A stretch of DNA of 64,000 nucleotides from Candidatus Poribacteria bacterium. Its GTDB lineage: Bacteria > Poribacteria > WGA-4E > PCPOR2b. Positions within the stretch are counted from its first letter, which is position 1. Every line of letters starts with the position of its first letter. Below the pieces are notes generated by a model, which saw only the letters and a list, made by a program, of their open reading frames with translations, was not told where the DNA came from and searched no databases. The translations under genes were made by a program, and so were the position numbers. Location of the stretch: contig OZ244042.1 of assembly GCA_965215015.1 (NCBI GenBank), positions 5,824,001-5,888,000 of the forward strand. The letters are read 5' to 3'. Of the stretch, positions 1 through 10,181 are shown one piece after another.

Positions 1-127
1 CTCCGATAACAATGGCGTCATACATTTCTTTTATCTCCTGACACGGTGATGCGTGAAGTGGAAATTGGGCAATTCAGATTGTAAACCATTTCGTTGACCG
101 ATCTTCGATTCCTATGTTCCCAATCAG

Positions 128-886
128 TTACTTCATCGAGAATGGTTTGGGGAGTTCATCAAAATTCTTCTCTCTGTTTTCGCCACGCAACAGAATCGTT
201 GACCAATTATGTCCCAATGAATTCCTTTCAACCTGCCTGACCCAAGGTGGAATGTAACGAATTGTCAATCCACACCGCCGCCGTGTAGATTGGTTGGGCA
301 GACTTCCGTGAATTAACATGCCGTGATGGATTGAGATTTCGCCCGCCTTCAAAACCAAATCTACAGCATTCTGCTCCTCATCCTCACTGACCGGCACTTC
401 CTGATCGATACTTAACAAATTTCCTTCCTGTCCGGATTTTCCATGATCCCGAATACCGGGACGGTGGGTGCCAGGAATCACACGCATACAACCGTTTTCG
501 CAGTCGCTGTCGTCAATCGCATACCATGCGGTAATTGCTTCAGACGGCTCAAGCCCCCAATAGGTTACATCCTGATGCCATGCCACAAACTTTTTTTCGT
601 CAGGACCATATTTACAAAAGAAGTGCGTTGATAGCATCATAACATCGGGGCCTATCAGGGCTTCGATACAGTCGAGAATCTTCGGATGGGTTGCAATCTC
701 CCAGATGAACTCTTCGTCAAAATGTCGGTTGACTAATCCGATATGACATTCCTCGCGCCCTAGTCTGGCTTCTAATTCGTCGAACAATTCCCGATGTTGG
801 GTGGCTTCGGTCTCGTCGGAAATTTGAACTTTTGGAACAAAGCCTTCTGTCTCATAAGCCTGGATTTGTCTTTCGGTGAGGGACAT
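128..886 (-). CDS. Phytanoyl-CoA dioxygenase (PhyH) family Fe(II)/2OG dioxygenase
   Basis: WHQD...HHG..IHGS..N....RR facial-triad pattern and NGCMRVIPGTH motif. Confidence 0.9.
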   Translation of the reverse strand: MSLTERQIQAYETEGFVPKVQISDETEATQHRELFDELEARLGREECHIGLVNRHFDEEFIWEIATHPKILDCIEALIGPDVMMLSTHFFCKYGPDEKKFVAWHQDVTYWGLEPSEAITAWYAIDDSDCENGCMRVIPGTHRPGIRDHGKSGQEGNLLSIDQEVPVSEDEEQNAVDLVLKAGEISIHHGMLIHGSLPNQSTRRRCGLTIRYIPPWVRQVERNSLGHNWSTILLRGENREKNFDELPKPFSMK

Positions 887-906
887 TTTTCGCTCCTTTC
901 ATCTAT

Positions 907-1836
907 CTAGCCGCGATTTGGCACACGCCATTGAGCGTACCAACGGGAATCCCGCGACGGTCCTTCATCATCGCTCCAGCGGGTTTGCATACTTTCAAAT
1001 CCCTTCAATTGTGGACGAACATCGCGTTCCCAGATTTCCTCAATCTGATCAAAGGTGAGCGGCTGACGCTTCCCGCGAAGCGAGGACTCCGATCCGATCG
1101 GAGCCGACGTCAATTCAGCGTAGGTATTGAGAAGTTCTTTCGCCCTGGTGCCAAGCCACTGAACTTCATCGGCAACCATTCGCTCACCAACTTGGCGATC
1201 CGATTCGTGTGCAGTTGGTCCCATAGCAAAGTGGGGCCCCGGCGCATCTTGCTCTGGTAGACGTGAGACATCAACGCAATCCGGCTCCAATGCCCAGAGC
1301 AAGGAGGTCTCGACTTTACCGGCGTGATCGCCTCCGCTTTTACCATCACCATCGAAGCCGGGCTGATTCGCTTCAAAATCGGGCAGACCGTATAGCCGCA
1401 TACCAAAATACGGTTGGAGAATTTCAAGCAAAGTTTTGAGATCTTTCCAGTTGGGACCGTAGTGTCCCGTCAAAAGGAGAGCGGCATGAAATCCCAAGGC
1501 ATCGGCTGCGCGGACATGATAGCAGATATTCTTGAAATGCATCCATGCAGGCATCGCGGTCAGCCACGGACGCACCTCTCCGACGGTTCGATTTGCCCAG
1601 AGTGCATAACCGCCATGTTCGTGGATGTGCCAATAATCAGGTGGAGCAACAATACCGCCGTGCTCACGAGCTGTTCGGCACGCAATCGCATGTGCTTTCA
1701 AAGCATCAAGCCCGACCGCATTCTGGGGACCATGGGGTTCGCACAAACCATAGCAAAAATAGACAACAGGGTGTTCCTCTAACGCAGCTTCCAGTTCATC
1801 GGGAAACATCCGTTCCCAGCGCACTTCTCTTCTCAT
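907..1836 (-). CDS. Creatininase family amidohydrolase
   Basis: EPHG..N.VG.D, GH, DHAG..ETS metal-binding motifs. Confidence 0.85.
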   Translation of the reverse strand: MRREVRWERMFPDELEAALEEHPVVYFCYGLCEPHGPQNAVGLDALKAHAIACRTAREHGGIVAPPDYWHIHEHGGYALWANRTVGEVRPWLTAMPAWMHFKNICYHVRAADALGFHAALLLTGHYGPNWKDLKTLLEILQPYFGMRLYGLPDFEANQPGFDGDGKSGGDHAGKVETSLLWALEPDCVDVSRLPEQDAPGPHFAMGPTAHESDRQVGERMVADEVQWLGTRAKELLNTYAELTSAPIGSESSLRGKRQPLTFDQIEEIWERDVRPQLKGFESMQTRWSDDEGPSRDSRWYAQWRVPNRG

Positions 1837-1924
1837 CTTAGTTCCCTTTTACATTATAACCAATGGTGCGAGTTTGCAACTGTTGATACACTCTCCAATC
1901 AAAACAGGCGTGAAACTGACAATA

Positions 1925-2285
1925 GTAGGCATACAGCGTATGCTGTAACCGTTGTGACTCGGAACGGCACCCCGCCTGCGGTGCCAAGGGACTTCTCCTC
2001 ACTTAGGGGGTGTTGTCCTTTTCCCCGCTAAGCCCCCCTCAGTCCCCCCGCAAGCAGGGACGCAACCCGGTGGGGTGTTCGTCAATTCTAGGCTCAATGA
2101 GCATGGAACTGACACATTAGCAGACAGGGTATTTAGCAGGGAGAAGAAATGCCAGCACGGCGGAGCGTGCCGGCTCCTTTGGGATTAACTGTCACCGTCC
2201 GATTCATCGGGCGGTGAAAGACATCTTCACCGGCGGCGATGAATCGCCAAGGACACCCTGACTATAGCGCAATAGTCAGGACTCA
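1925..2285. repeat. Mosaic of REP-like palindromic modules (GTAGGCATAC..GTATGC, CCCCCCGCAAGCAGGG, GATTCATCG..CGATGAATC)
   Basis: The same modules recur at about 24535, 39240-39330, 44005-44080, 44420, 47785-47890 and 57750. Confidence 0.65.
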
Positions 2286-2344
2286 ACCCATGAACATTGA
2301 ACGACCTTTTCTAGTATTAGCGTTGAGGGGGAAACTCCGTCAGG

Positions 2345-2434
2345 CCTAAATGTACGAATGAACTCTTGTTTAATGAACCGATGAACTATTGAACGATGTG
2401 AAAACGACAGCGTCACCAACTCGCACCAAAGGTT
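2345..2434 (+). repeat. ~90-bp dispersed repeat (copy 1)
   Basis: Similar to the reverse complement of 44173-44262; partial copies at 40012-40081 and 57709-57748. Confidence 0.75.
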
Positions 2435-2703
2435 TATATGCCGACGTAGATACAGTTTCCTGTGGCACTTCCGATATAAAGTTGTATCATTGTTGCCACA
2501 ATCTTTTCGGATTCAATTTCTGTTTGCTACATTTATTTAGACAATTTCGTAAGAATTCCGCTCTGCTTCCACAGAACCGGCTTATGGCATCTTAATTGCT
2601 CATATCAAAGAAAACTATTGCCGAGCAAAATTTTATGCTAACTTAGCAAGTCTGTCAACCACAATCTAACAGGGCGCGGACTTAACAGATGTTGATTTTT
2701 CGC

Positions 2704-2732
2704 TTGGCAGCGGGTATGTCCTATGATATACT
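2704..2732 (+). promoter_or_regulatory. Putative sigma70 promoter for the lipoprotein/porin pair
   Basis: TTGGCA-17bp-TATACT with extended -10 TGn, about 50 bp upstream of ATG 2785. Confidence 0.5.
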
Positions 2733-2784
2733 TGACATATCTTGTTGAATCAACCTACGACCATGTACGAAAGGAAGGATAACC

Positions 2785-3408
2785 ATGAACAGACTCGTTC
2801 TCACTGTTATATCCCTGCTGATAGCAGTTACCCTCGCGGGGTGTTACACGCAGATTGGTTACTATGAGCCCCGTTCTCCAACCCGACAACCCTCCTATCA
2901 TCACCAAGATGAACGCCGGCACCAAGACGAGGACGAAAAGATGGAATCCGAGCAAGAGGAACAAGGAGAAGTCGCAGCGGAAGGGGAACCATCTGAATTA
3001 GAAGATGAAGGGTACTACGGACGTCGCAAACCGAGCTACGGTTATTCTGACCGTTACTATCGATCTTACTACGACGACGACTACTATTCCGTCTATCCAT
3101 ACTATGGCGGCTATCATCCCCTGTATCCTTATTACAGGTATTCCTACTATCCGTATTATTCATACTATGGACCCTACCATTATTATGGATATCATCCTTA
3201 CCGGTATCGCTACTCGAAGCGGCTCTCCAAGATTGATGATTTGCATTTTGGTAAGAGACGCTCGCAAAGCTATCGGGGGGTCAGATCCGGTCACCCGTCT
3301 TCAAGGCGTCCAGGTAGGTCATTGAGGGAGGGCGAAGAGAGTCAGGCTCCCGCGCGCAGTTCGTCTGGGTACCGGCGCGACAGATCCCGAAGATCCGGAA
3401 GGAGGTAA
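2785..3408 (+). CDS. Lipoprotein with Tyr-rich and Arg/Ser-rich low-complexity regions
   Basis: Signal peptide with LAGC lipobox, AAGGAAGG RBS, 7 bp upstream of the porin gene. Confidence 0.75.
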   Translation: MNRLVLTVISLLIAVTLAGCYTQIGYYEPRSPTRQPSYHHQDERRHQDEDEKMESEQEEQGEVAAEGEPSELEDEGYYGRRKPSYGYSDRYYRSYYDDDYYSVYPYYGGYHPLYPYYRYSYYPYYSYYGPYHYYGYHPYRYRYSKRLSKIDDLHFGKRRSQSYRGVRSGHPSSRRPGRSLREGEESQAPARSSSGYRRDRSRRSGRR

Positions 3409-3415
3409 CAATCCA

Positions 3416-4705
3416 ATGAGAAGATTGATGAGAATCACCATTGCTTTGGTGTTGATGTTCACCTGCTTTGTGCTTGGGAGCAGCGTCGGAGTTGCACAGG
3501 TGGAAGAAATTGCCATCGGTAATACCTTTGGCCTTGGCGCAAGGACCATGGGGATGGGTGGGGCGTTTCTCGCCGTCGCAGATGATTTCACGACACTGTA
3601 CTGGAATCCGGCGGGGCTCGCTCAGATTAGAAAGTTTGAGCTGTTTGGCAGCTTGTCACATAGTGAGCAGGACGTAGAAACAGAGTTCAACCGCGGGCGT
3701 GCTGCGGAAGCGGACAGATCAAAAACCCATCCCAACTCGATTGGGCTAGTCTACCCTTTATACGCAGCTCGTGGCGGATTTGCGTTCGCGCTCGGATATA
3801 ATCGTCCCCAAAATTTTGATTCGGAGACTGCCGTTAAAGGATTGGATCCGTCTTCTGACTCAGTGTTTAGTGGACTGGATGTGGATGAAACAACCGCTAA
3901 CAGCGGTGGCATCGGTATCTGGAGTTTTGGGACAGGTGTCTTTATATCGAATAATATCTTGCTTGGTGCCTCAATAGACTTTTGGCACGGCTCAAGTTTC
4001 AACGAGCTAAATAGCGCGGCGGAAGACATCAATAGCATTGATGCAGAAATAGAAAGTTTTGCTTTTCACGACACCGTGGATCGAGAATATACAGGACTCG
4101 GTGGCAGGGTAGGCATGCTTGCTTTCGCCGGGGAAAATGTGACGCTCGGTGGGACCATCACGCTGCCGGTAAACCTTGAAGTCAGCGAGGTATGGGAACA
4201 ACAAACCATAGTACAACTCGACGATGGTGAAGAAATTGTGGAGGGTGATAATGGGGCTATCTTATTTGATATTGAACGCCCGTTTGAGTTTGGCGGTGGC
4301 GTTGCTATCAAGCTCTTAGAGAAACGTCTGACGCTTGCTGGTGATGTACAGTTTACAGACTGGACACAGACGGAATACGACCCGGTGCCAGCAGAAGATG
4401 TGCCGCAGAACAACTTTGATCGATTTTATGATAGCACCATACAGGTTCGCGTCGGTGCAGAGTATCGTATCCCGGAAATCGAAACCAATGTACGTGTCGG
4501 CTACTTCCGCGATCCAATTCCGTTCCAAGATAAAGAGATAGACAACAATCGGGACTTTCTGACTATCGGGATAGGTAAGATCTTCGACCAAATTATTAAA
4601 ATTGATATTGCCTACATGCGAGGTTCATGGGAGCAATCAAACAGTTCACTGACAGAAAATCAAACCTCCAATCGGGTGTTCGTATCTGCGGGATATCGAT
4701 ATTAA
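3416..4705 (+). CDS. OmpP1/FadL-like outer-membrane beta-barrel protein
   Basis: Signal peptide, GARTMGMGGAF.A.ADD...LYWNPAGL motif, C-terminal aromatic residue (GYRY). Confidence 0.85.
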   Translation: MRRLMRITIALVLMFTCFVLGSSVGVAQVEEIAIGNTFGLGARTMGMGGAFLAVADDFTTLYWNPAGLAQIRKFELFGSLSHSEQDVETEFNRGRAAEADRSKTHPNSIGLVYPLYAARGGFAFALGYNRPQNFDSETAVKGLDPSSDSVFSGLDVDETTANSGGIGIWSFGTGVFISNNILLGASIDFWHGSSFNELNSAAEDINSIDAEIESFAFHDTVDREYTGLGGRVGMLAFAGENVTLGGTITLPVNLEVSEVWEQQTIVQLDDGEEIVEGDNGAILFDIERPFEFGGGVAIKLLEKRLTLAGDVQFTDWTQTEYDPVPAEDVPQNNFDRFYDSTIQVRVGAEYRIPEIETNVRVGYFRDPIPFQDKEIDNNRDFLTIGIGKIFDQIIKIDIAYMRGSWEQSNSSLTENQTSNRVFVSAGYRY

Positions 4706-4730
4706 AAGTCGCTATGACGAAGGAAAATTA

Positions 4731-5080
4731 TTGACATACTCCCCAGCCTAAAGGCTTTGAATTCTTACTCATTCCCTGCGAGGCAACTGCTTTAACTTTG
4801 TCAGGTGCCGCATCAGTGCTGTCTTGCCTGCCCGGATATGTGCTGTAGATAGCATAGTATCTGCGACACCAGGCGACAAAGTGATTCCACACTTCAGCGT
4901 GTGTCTCAATCGTTTGTTGCAATTCACGGTTGCCGTGATGGCTATACATCTCGAACTTGTAGATTTTCATCGGAGGGTCTTTCGGTCCTATAGCATGTGA
5001 GGAACACCCCAAGCGACGGTGCAGCATTCCCCCACAAAAGACAAGAAAATTATACCCCATTTTGCGATTGTTCGGTAACC
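4731..5080 (-). mobile_element. Internally deleted IS200/IS605-family (tnpB) element remnant
   Basis: tnpB-like 5' fragment from ATG 4970 (MKIYKFEMY...VWNHF...RYY), frameshifted by a GGCA duplication (the alternative frame reads GKTALMRHLTKLK), followed by a right-end-like GAATTCAAAGCCTTTAGGCTGGGGAGTATGTCAA. Confidence 0.7.
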
Positions 5081-5107
5081 GCTCGAATCTGGTCTTGAGC
5101 GAGAAAT

Positions 5108-5142
5108 AAAAAAGGCGTTGATTCTCAATCAACGCCTTTTTT
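5108..5142. terminator. Bidirectional intrinsic terminator at the end of the ribosomal superoperon
   Basis: A6-GGCGTTGATT-CTC-AATCAACGCC-T6, 30 bp after the rplQ stop. Confidence 0.85.
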
Positions 5143-5172
5143 CTGCTTTAATGACTTTAATGAATATCCACA

Positions 5173-5526
5173 CTATTCTACTAACTGGATATACCCCATC
5201 TGAGCGGCATCGCTACGTCTCAGCTCACCTCTGATGATACGAGTATATCCACCATTACGGTCTTGATAACGGGGGCCGAGGTCGTCAAATAATTTTTGCA
5301 GAACATCGTGGTCGTGGATGACCTTAGCGGCCTGACGGCGCGCATGTAAATCCCCTCGTTTAGCAAGCGTAATCAGTTTTTCAGCAACCCGCCTGAGTTC
5401 TTTGCACTTTGGCAGGGTTGTACGAATTTGCTCGTGCTCAAATAGTGCGGTGGCTTGATTACTAAACAATGCCTTACGGTGTCCGCTTGTTCTCCCGAGC
5501 TTCCTTCCCATTTTCCGGTGACGCAT
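5173..5526 (-). CDS. rplQ: 50S ribosomal protein L17
   Basis: [17 protein letters not shown]...GGYTRI. Confidence 0.98.
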   Translation of the reverse strand: MRHRKMGRKLGRTSGHRKALFSNQATALFEHEQIRTTLPKCKELRRVAEKLITLAKRGDLHARRQAAKVIHDHDVLQKLFDDLGPRYQDRNGGYTRIIRGELRRSDAAQMGYIQLVE

Positions 5527-5557
5527 GATTTTTCATCCTCATTGTATTTTAGGCAAC

Positions 5558-6544
5558 TCAATTATCGTTGCCAAGGGTCATCCCTAAAGAAAGTCCCATG
5601 CCCGAAAGAATATCCTTAATCTCGTTCAGGGATTTTCTGCCGAAGTTACGAAATTTCAACATCTCTTGTTCGGTCTTGACCACGAGGTCTCGGATGGTTG
5701 TAATCTTCGCAGCTTCCAGACAATTGGCAGATCGCACCGAAAGTTCGAGTTCTGCAACAGGCTTCGATAGCCACTGCTCACGCTGGAGTTCTTCCTCATC
5801 AATTTCCTCAACCGGTTCCACATAGGTTTCATCGAAATCGCTAAATAGCTTGAGTTGATCTAACAGAATATCCGAGGCTTGTGTAATTGCTTCTTTCGCT
5901 GTGATGCTTGCATCCGTCCATACTTCTAGGATAAGCCGGTCATAGTTCGTCATGTGTCCAACCCGTGTTTCTTCAACAACGAAATTGACTTTTCTGACCG
6001 GTGAAAACTTGGAATCGACCTGGATAACTCCAATCTGTTGATTGTGAGTTAGATGTTCTTCCCCGAACTCATATCCTCTGCCTCGGCAGACTTGTATGTT
6101 CATATCCAGACCATCGCACTTATCAAGTGTTGCAATATGCTGGTCTGGGTTGATGATGTCAACCTGACCGTTCGGCTGAATATCAGCTGCGGTAACGTTA
6201 CCAGAACCCTCTGCGGATAAAACCAAGGTGACAATCTCATCGGTGTAAACGCGGAATCGAATCTCTTTGAGGTTAAGGAGAACTTGGGTAATATCCTCTT
6301 TCAGGCCGTCAAGCGTTGAAAACTCATGCTTCACTCCATCGATTGCAACGGAAATAACAGCGGCACCTTGAATTGAAGAAAGCAAGATGCGTCGGAGCGA
6401 GTTACCAATAGTCATCCCAAATCCTCGCTCAAGCGGTTCAGCGATAAATTTCCCATAATCAGGCTGCAAGTTATCAAAGTCCGCAACGAGGCGTTTTGGC
6501 TTGGTGATTTCCCGCGTCGGTGTGGCGATTTCCCTCCCTGTCAT
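5558..6544 (-). CDS. rpoA: RNA polymerase alpha subunit
   Basis: [19 protein letters not shown] and [11 protein letters not shown]...NFGRKSL. Confidence 0.98.
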   Translation of the reverse strand: MTGREIATPTREITKPKRLVADFDNLQPDYGKFIAEPLERGFGMTIGNSLRRILLSSIQGAAVISVAIDGVKHEFSTLDGLKEDITQVLLNLKEIRFRVYTDEIVTLVLSAEGSGNVTAADIQPNGQVDIINPDQHIATLDKCDGLDMNIQVCRGRGYEFGEEHLTHNQQIGVIQVDSKFSPVRKVNFVVEETRVGHMTNYDRLILEVWTDASITAKEAITQASDILLDQLKLFSDFDETYVEPVEEIDEEELQREQWLSKPVAELELSVRSANCLEAAKITTIRDLVVKTEQEMLKFRNFGRKSLNEIKDILSGMGLSLGMTLGNDN

Positions 6545-6572
6545 CTATCTCATCCTCCTACAAGTGGCTGCA

Positions 6573-7199
6573 TTATTTGGAGTAAAGTTCAACGATTAAC
6601 TGTGTTTGGAGGTCTGTGGCTAGTTGCTCAACGTTTGGAAACGTCCTAACAACTCCCTCTTGTTTATCGATATCCAACTCAAGCCAATCTGGTGTACCCC
6701 TGTGTTGAGAACGTTCTAATGCTTCTTGAATAACTGCCACGTTGCGACTTTTCTCTCGAGTTTGAATGACATCACCAGGTTGTATCAGGTAAGAGGGAAT
6801 ATTGACTCTTTTTCCGTTCACAAGGAAATGGTTATGTGTGACGAGTTGTCGAGCCTGCAAGCGTGAATTGGCAAAACCTAAGCGGTAAACCGCATTGTCC
6901 AACCGACACTCCAGTAATGTTAGCAAATTCTCTCTTACAACGCCTTTCTGATGCGCGGCTTTTGTATAGTAATTTTTAAATGGTTTTTCCAAAATACTAT
7001 AAATCCGCTTCGATTTCTGTTTAGTGCGCAATTGGTGTCCGTAATCTTTGACCTTGGGTAGTTTCTGACCATGTTGACCGGGCGGATAACTACGACGCTC
7101 AAATGAACACTTCGGGGAATCGCAGCGTTGCCCCTTCAAAAAGAGTTTTTCACCCTCTCTTCGGCACAGCTTACATACAGAACCTAAATATTTACTCAT
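6573..7199 (-). CDS. rpsD: 30S ribosomal protein S4 (Zn-binding CxxC type)
   Basis: CKLCRRE, PGQHG, RLDN.VYRLG, IVELYSK. Confidence 0.98.
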   Translation of the reverse strand: MSKYLGSVCKLCRREGEKLFLKGQRCDSPKCSFERRSYPPGQHGQKLPKVKDYGHQLRTKQKSKRIYSILEKPFKNYYTKAAHQKGVVRENLLTLLECRLDNAVYRLGFANSRLQARQLVTHNHFLVNGKRVNIPSYLIQPGDVIQTREKSRNVAVIQEALERSQHRGTPDWLELDIDKQEGVVRTFPNVEQLATDLQTQLIVELYSK

Positions 7200-7257
7200 A
7201 CTTTTCTGGTTAAATTTGGACCATTTCCCCCTTTCTTAAAACCCCGATTTTCAAATA

Positions 7258-7650
7258 TTAGACACGACGCCGTTTAGGTGGTCGACAGCCATTATGAGGA
7301 ATTGGAGTAACGTCTTTCATTGAAGTAATTTCTAGCCCAGCTGCTGACAGAGACCGAATTGCGGACTCTCTGCCGGACCCCGGTCCTTTGACCCGTACCT
7401 CAACGCGTTTCATACCGTGTTCCATTGCCTTCCTAGCACAAGCTTCGGCTGTCTGTTGGGCTGCAAATGGCGTGGATTTCCGAGAACCTCGAAAGTTTGT
7501 CCCTGCACTTGCCCACGCAATCGCATTCCCGTTGAGATCGGTAATGGTTATAATTGTATTGTTAAAGGTTGCTTGGACGTGAGCAATTCCTTCAGAGACA
7601 TTCTTTCGTTCTCTCCTCCGTGGACGACTAGAGGAACTTGAATCTCGCAA
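7258..7650 (-). CDS. rpsK: 30S ribosomal protein S11 (probable TTG start)
   Basis: [28 protein letters not shown]; AAAGGAG RBS before TTG 7650. Confidence 0.97.
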   Translation of the reverse strand: MRDSSSSSRPRRRERKNVSEGIAHVQATFNNTIITITDLNGNAIAWASAGTNFRGSRKSTPFAAQQTAEACARKAMEHGMKRVEVRVKGPGSGRESAIRSLSAAGLEITSMKDVTPIPHNGCRPPKRRRV

Positions 7651-7688
7651 AATGAATCTCCTTTCTGACGCGTAATTCACAAACGGTA

Positions 7689-8084
7689 TTAACCACCCTT
7701 ACGCGCAGCTTCTTTTGCTTTTCTGCCGACCGAGATGGTTTTTGCTTTTCCTTTGCGTGTCCGTGCATTCGTGCTCGTCCGCTGTCCTCGGGCGGGTAAT
7801 TGCCGCCGATGGCGTAATCCACGATAACTATTGATATCCATCAACCGTTTGATATTCAACTCGATTTCGCGTCGTAAGTCTCCTTCGACCTTGTAATCTT
7901 GGTTAATCGTTTCTCTTAATCGGCTGATTTCAGACTCATCAAGATCTTGGGACTTTTTGGCGGGATCGATTTGTAAATCCTCGACCATTTTTGAAGCGGT
8001 ATGGTGCCCAATCCCATAAATATAGGTTAAGGCAATGTCGATTCTTTTCGTTCGGGGTAGATCAACACCAGCAATTCTTGCCAT
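7689..8084 (-). CDS. rpsM: 30S ribosomal protein S13
   Basis: [10 protein letters not shown]...[13 protein letters not shown]. Confidence 0.98.
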   Translation of the reverse strand: MARIAGVDLPRTKRIDIALTYIYGIGHHTASKMVEDLQIDPAKKSQDLDESEISRLRETINQDYKVEGDLRREIELNIKRLMDINSYRGLRHRRQLPARGQRTSTNARTRKGKAKTISVGRKAKEAARKGG

Positions 8085-8116
8085 GCTTTTTCCTCCTTAC
8101 ACGCTAGATAAAGTGT

Positions 8117-8233
8117 TCAACCCTGTCTTTGCTTATGCTTTGGATCTGCAGGGCAGATCACACGAATAACACCTTTTCTTTTAATTATTTTACACTGATT
8201 GCACATTTTCTTTACTGAGGAACGGACTTTCAT
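8117..8233 (-). CDS. rpmJ: 50S ribosomal protein L36 (not in the ORF track)
   Basis: Translated by hand: [38 protein letters not shown]; AGGAG RBS. Confidence 0.97.
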   Translation of the reverse strand: MKVRSSVKKMCNQCKIIKRKGVIRVICPADPKHKQRQG

Positions 8234-8269
8234 GATTTCTCCTGTACTGGAAAATGAACCCTATTGGAT

Positions 8270-9616
8270 TTATCGGGAGCGCCGTCCTCTCACACGCCTG
8301 TCCTTCAGAAATCCTTCGTAATGTCTCATCGTCAAATAGGATTCAATTTGTGACACTGTATCTAATACGACTCCCACAACGATTAGGATTGAAGCACCAC
8401 TGATTAATGCGCCAGTACCCAACCATCCTTGCAGGAGTAAAGGGAAGACCGCAATTGCGGCTAGAAATACCGCACCGGGTAAAGTAATTCGGGTTAAGGT
8501 ATCGTTAATATAGTCTGCGGTCTTTTTCCCCGGGCGAATGCCCGGAATAAATCCACCATACTTCCTTAAGTCATCTGCCATTTGGACAGGATTAATCTGA
8601 ACGGCGGTGTAGAAGTATGTAAAACCGATAATAAGAAGAGCATAAATCACCCAATATAAAGGGCTACTTGCGCTGAAAACTGCCGCTAGCCCCCCAATCC
8701 ATGCCCATGAGGGAAATTGACTTTGCAAAAACCCTAAAACTGTTGACGGAAATTGTATTAGGGTAACGGCGAAAATAATGGGAATCATACCAGCCGCATT
8801 AACACGCAGCGGGATATGCGTTGCTTGCCCACCCATTACCTTACGTCCTACGACTCGCCGGGCATATTGGACAGGGATTTTGCGAACACAAAAGGTAATG
8901 TACACAGTTCCCATAATCGCTATAACTCCCAAAGCGACGAAGATAACCAGTTTCGGCAGATCAATTTGACGATTAAGAAGTTGGTTGAATATTGTTTGGA
9001 TTCCGCCCGGCATACCCGATAGGATACCGATCGTGATAATTAGAGAAATACCATTTCCAATGCCACGTTCTGTTATTTGTTCGCCGAGCCACATGACGAA
9101 AGACGTTCCAGACATCAAGGTAATCATGGTTAGCAAAGTCCACCAAATACCCGGATTCGTCACGATTTCAATGCTTTCACTACTAATAACACTTCCAGGC
9201 CTTTGCAACACAAAGCTAATCATGATGCCTTGGATAGCACTCAATATAACAGTGGCATAGCGTGTATATTGGGTAATTTTTTTCCGGCCGTCCGGTTCTT
9301 TGGAAAGCTTTTCAAGGAAGGGGATAACAACGGTTAGGAGCTGCATGACAATTGACGCACTGATATAGGGTTGGATACCGAGTGCAAAGATTGTCATCTG
9401 CTTGAATGCACCGCCTGAGAAGATATCTACGAAGTCAAGGACACTTCCACCAGTGCGGCCTCTTAAGCCATCGAAAAACTTTTCCAATTCAATATCATCA
9501 ATGCCGGGGAGTGTAATATGGGCACCCAAGCGATAGACAATTAACAGCAGTGCTGTAAAAATGATTCGTTGCCGCAGTTCTGGAATTTTGAAAGCGTTTT
9601 GGAATGCCTTAATCAC
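8270..9616 (-). CDS. secY: Preprotein translocase subunit SecY
   Basis: ALGIQPYISASI, GIGNGISL, FIPGIRPG; multiple TM segments. Confidence 0.98.
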   Translation of the reverse strand: MIKAFQNAFKIPELRQRIIFTALLLIVYRLGAHITLPGIDDIELEKFFDGLRGRTGGSVLDFVDIFSGGAFKQMTIFALGIQPYISASIVMQLLTVVIPFLEKLSKEPDGRKKITQYTRYATVILSAIQGIMISFVLQRPGSVISSESIEIVTNPGIWWTLLTMITLMSGTSFVMWLGEQITERGIGNGISLIITIGILSGMPGGIQTIFNQLLNRQIDLPKLVIFVALGVIAIMGTVYITFCVRKIPVQYARRVVGRKVMGGQATHIPLRVNAAGMIPIIFAVTLIQFPSTVLGFLQSQFPSWAWIGGLAAVFSASSPLYWVIYALLIIGFTYFYTAVQINPVQMADDLRKYGGFIPGIRPGKKTADYINDTLTRITLPGAVFLAAIAVFPLLLQGWLGTGALISGASILIVVGVVLDTVSQIESYLTMRHYEGFLKDRRVRGRRSR

Positions 9617-10063
9617 TTAAATCACCTCAATGCTACCGCCGGTGGATTCTATCTTTTCAACAGCAGACTTTGAGAATCGGTGTCCCTGTACCGTTAATTG
9701 CTTTTCGAGATTACCTTCTCCAAGAATTTTGATTTTTCCGCTTTTCTTTTTCGTAATTCCAGCTTCCCACAAAATCTCAGGGGTAATCGTTATTCCATTA
9801 TCAAAATGATTGAGTGTCCGGATGTTGACAATTTCATACTCAATCCGTTTATGTGCAGTCCTTCTCGGACCACGCTTAGGCAAGCGTCTCACTAGGGGCA
9901 TTTGGCCCCCTTCAAACCAAGCGGGAATGGAGACACCAGCCCGGGATTTCTGCCCTTTGTGACCACGACCACAGGTTTTACCCCACCCGGAACTTTCGCC
10001 ACGCCCAACTCGCTTCCGAGTGCGCGTTGAGTTTTCTGCAGGCTTGAGTTCGTTTAGTTTCAT
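9617..10063 (-). CDS. rplO: 50S ribosomal protein L15
   Basis: RVGRG..SG.GKT.GRG.KGQ, FEGGQMPL.RRLPKRG. Confidence 0.97.
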   Translation of the reverse strand: MKLNELKPAENSTRTRKRVGRGESSGWGKTCGRGHKGQKSRAGVSIPAWFEGGQMPLVRRLPKRGPRRTAHKRIEYEIVNIRTLNHFDNGITITPEILWEAGITKKKSGKIKILGEGNLEKQLTVQGHRFSKSAVEKIESTGGSIEVI

Positions 10064-10181
10064 CAGCATTCACTCCGTTTTATGGATTAGTAATTACGCT
10101 TAAAAGTCCTTGTTTTTTTTAGAGGGTAACCTTTCCGAACAAATTAGGAGCACACCCTATCGGGGTTCTGAGAAAGGAACG

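Noticed and set aside
4728-5132. 134-aa ORF as an intact gene
   Set aside because: It starts inside the terminator hairpin and is a frameshifted tnpB fragment
10070-10181. Hidden rpmD (L30)
   Set aside because: The gap is too short and contains no L30-like frame
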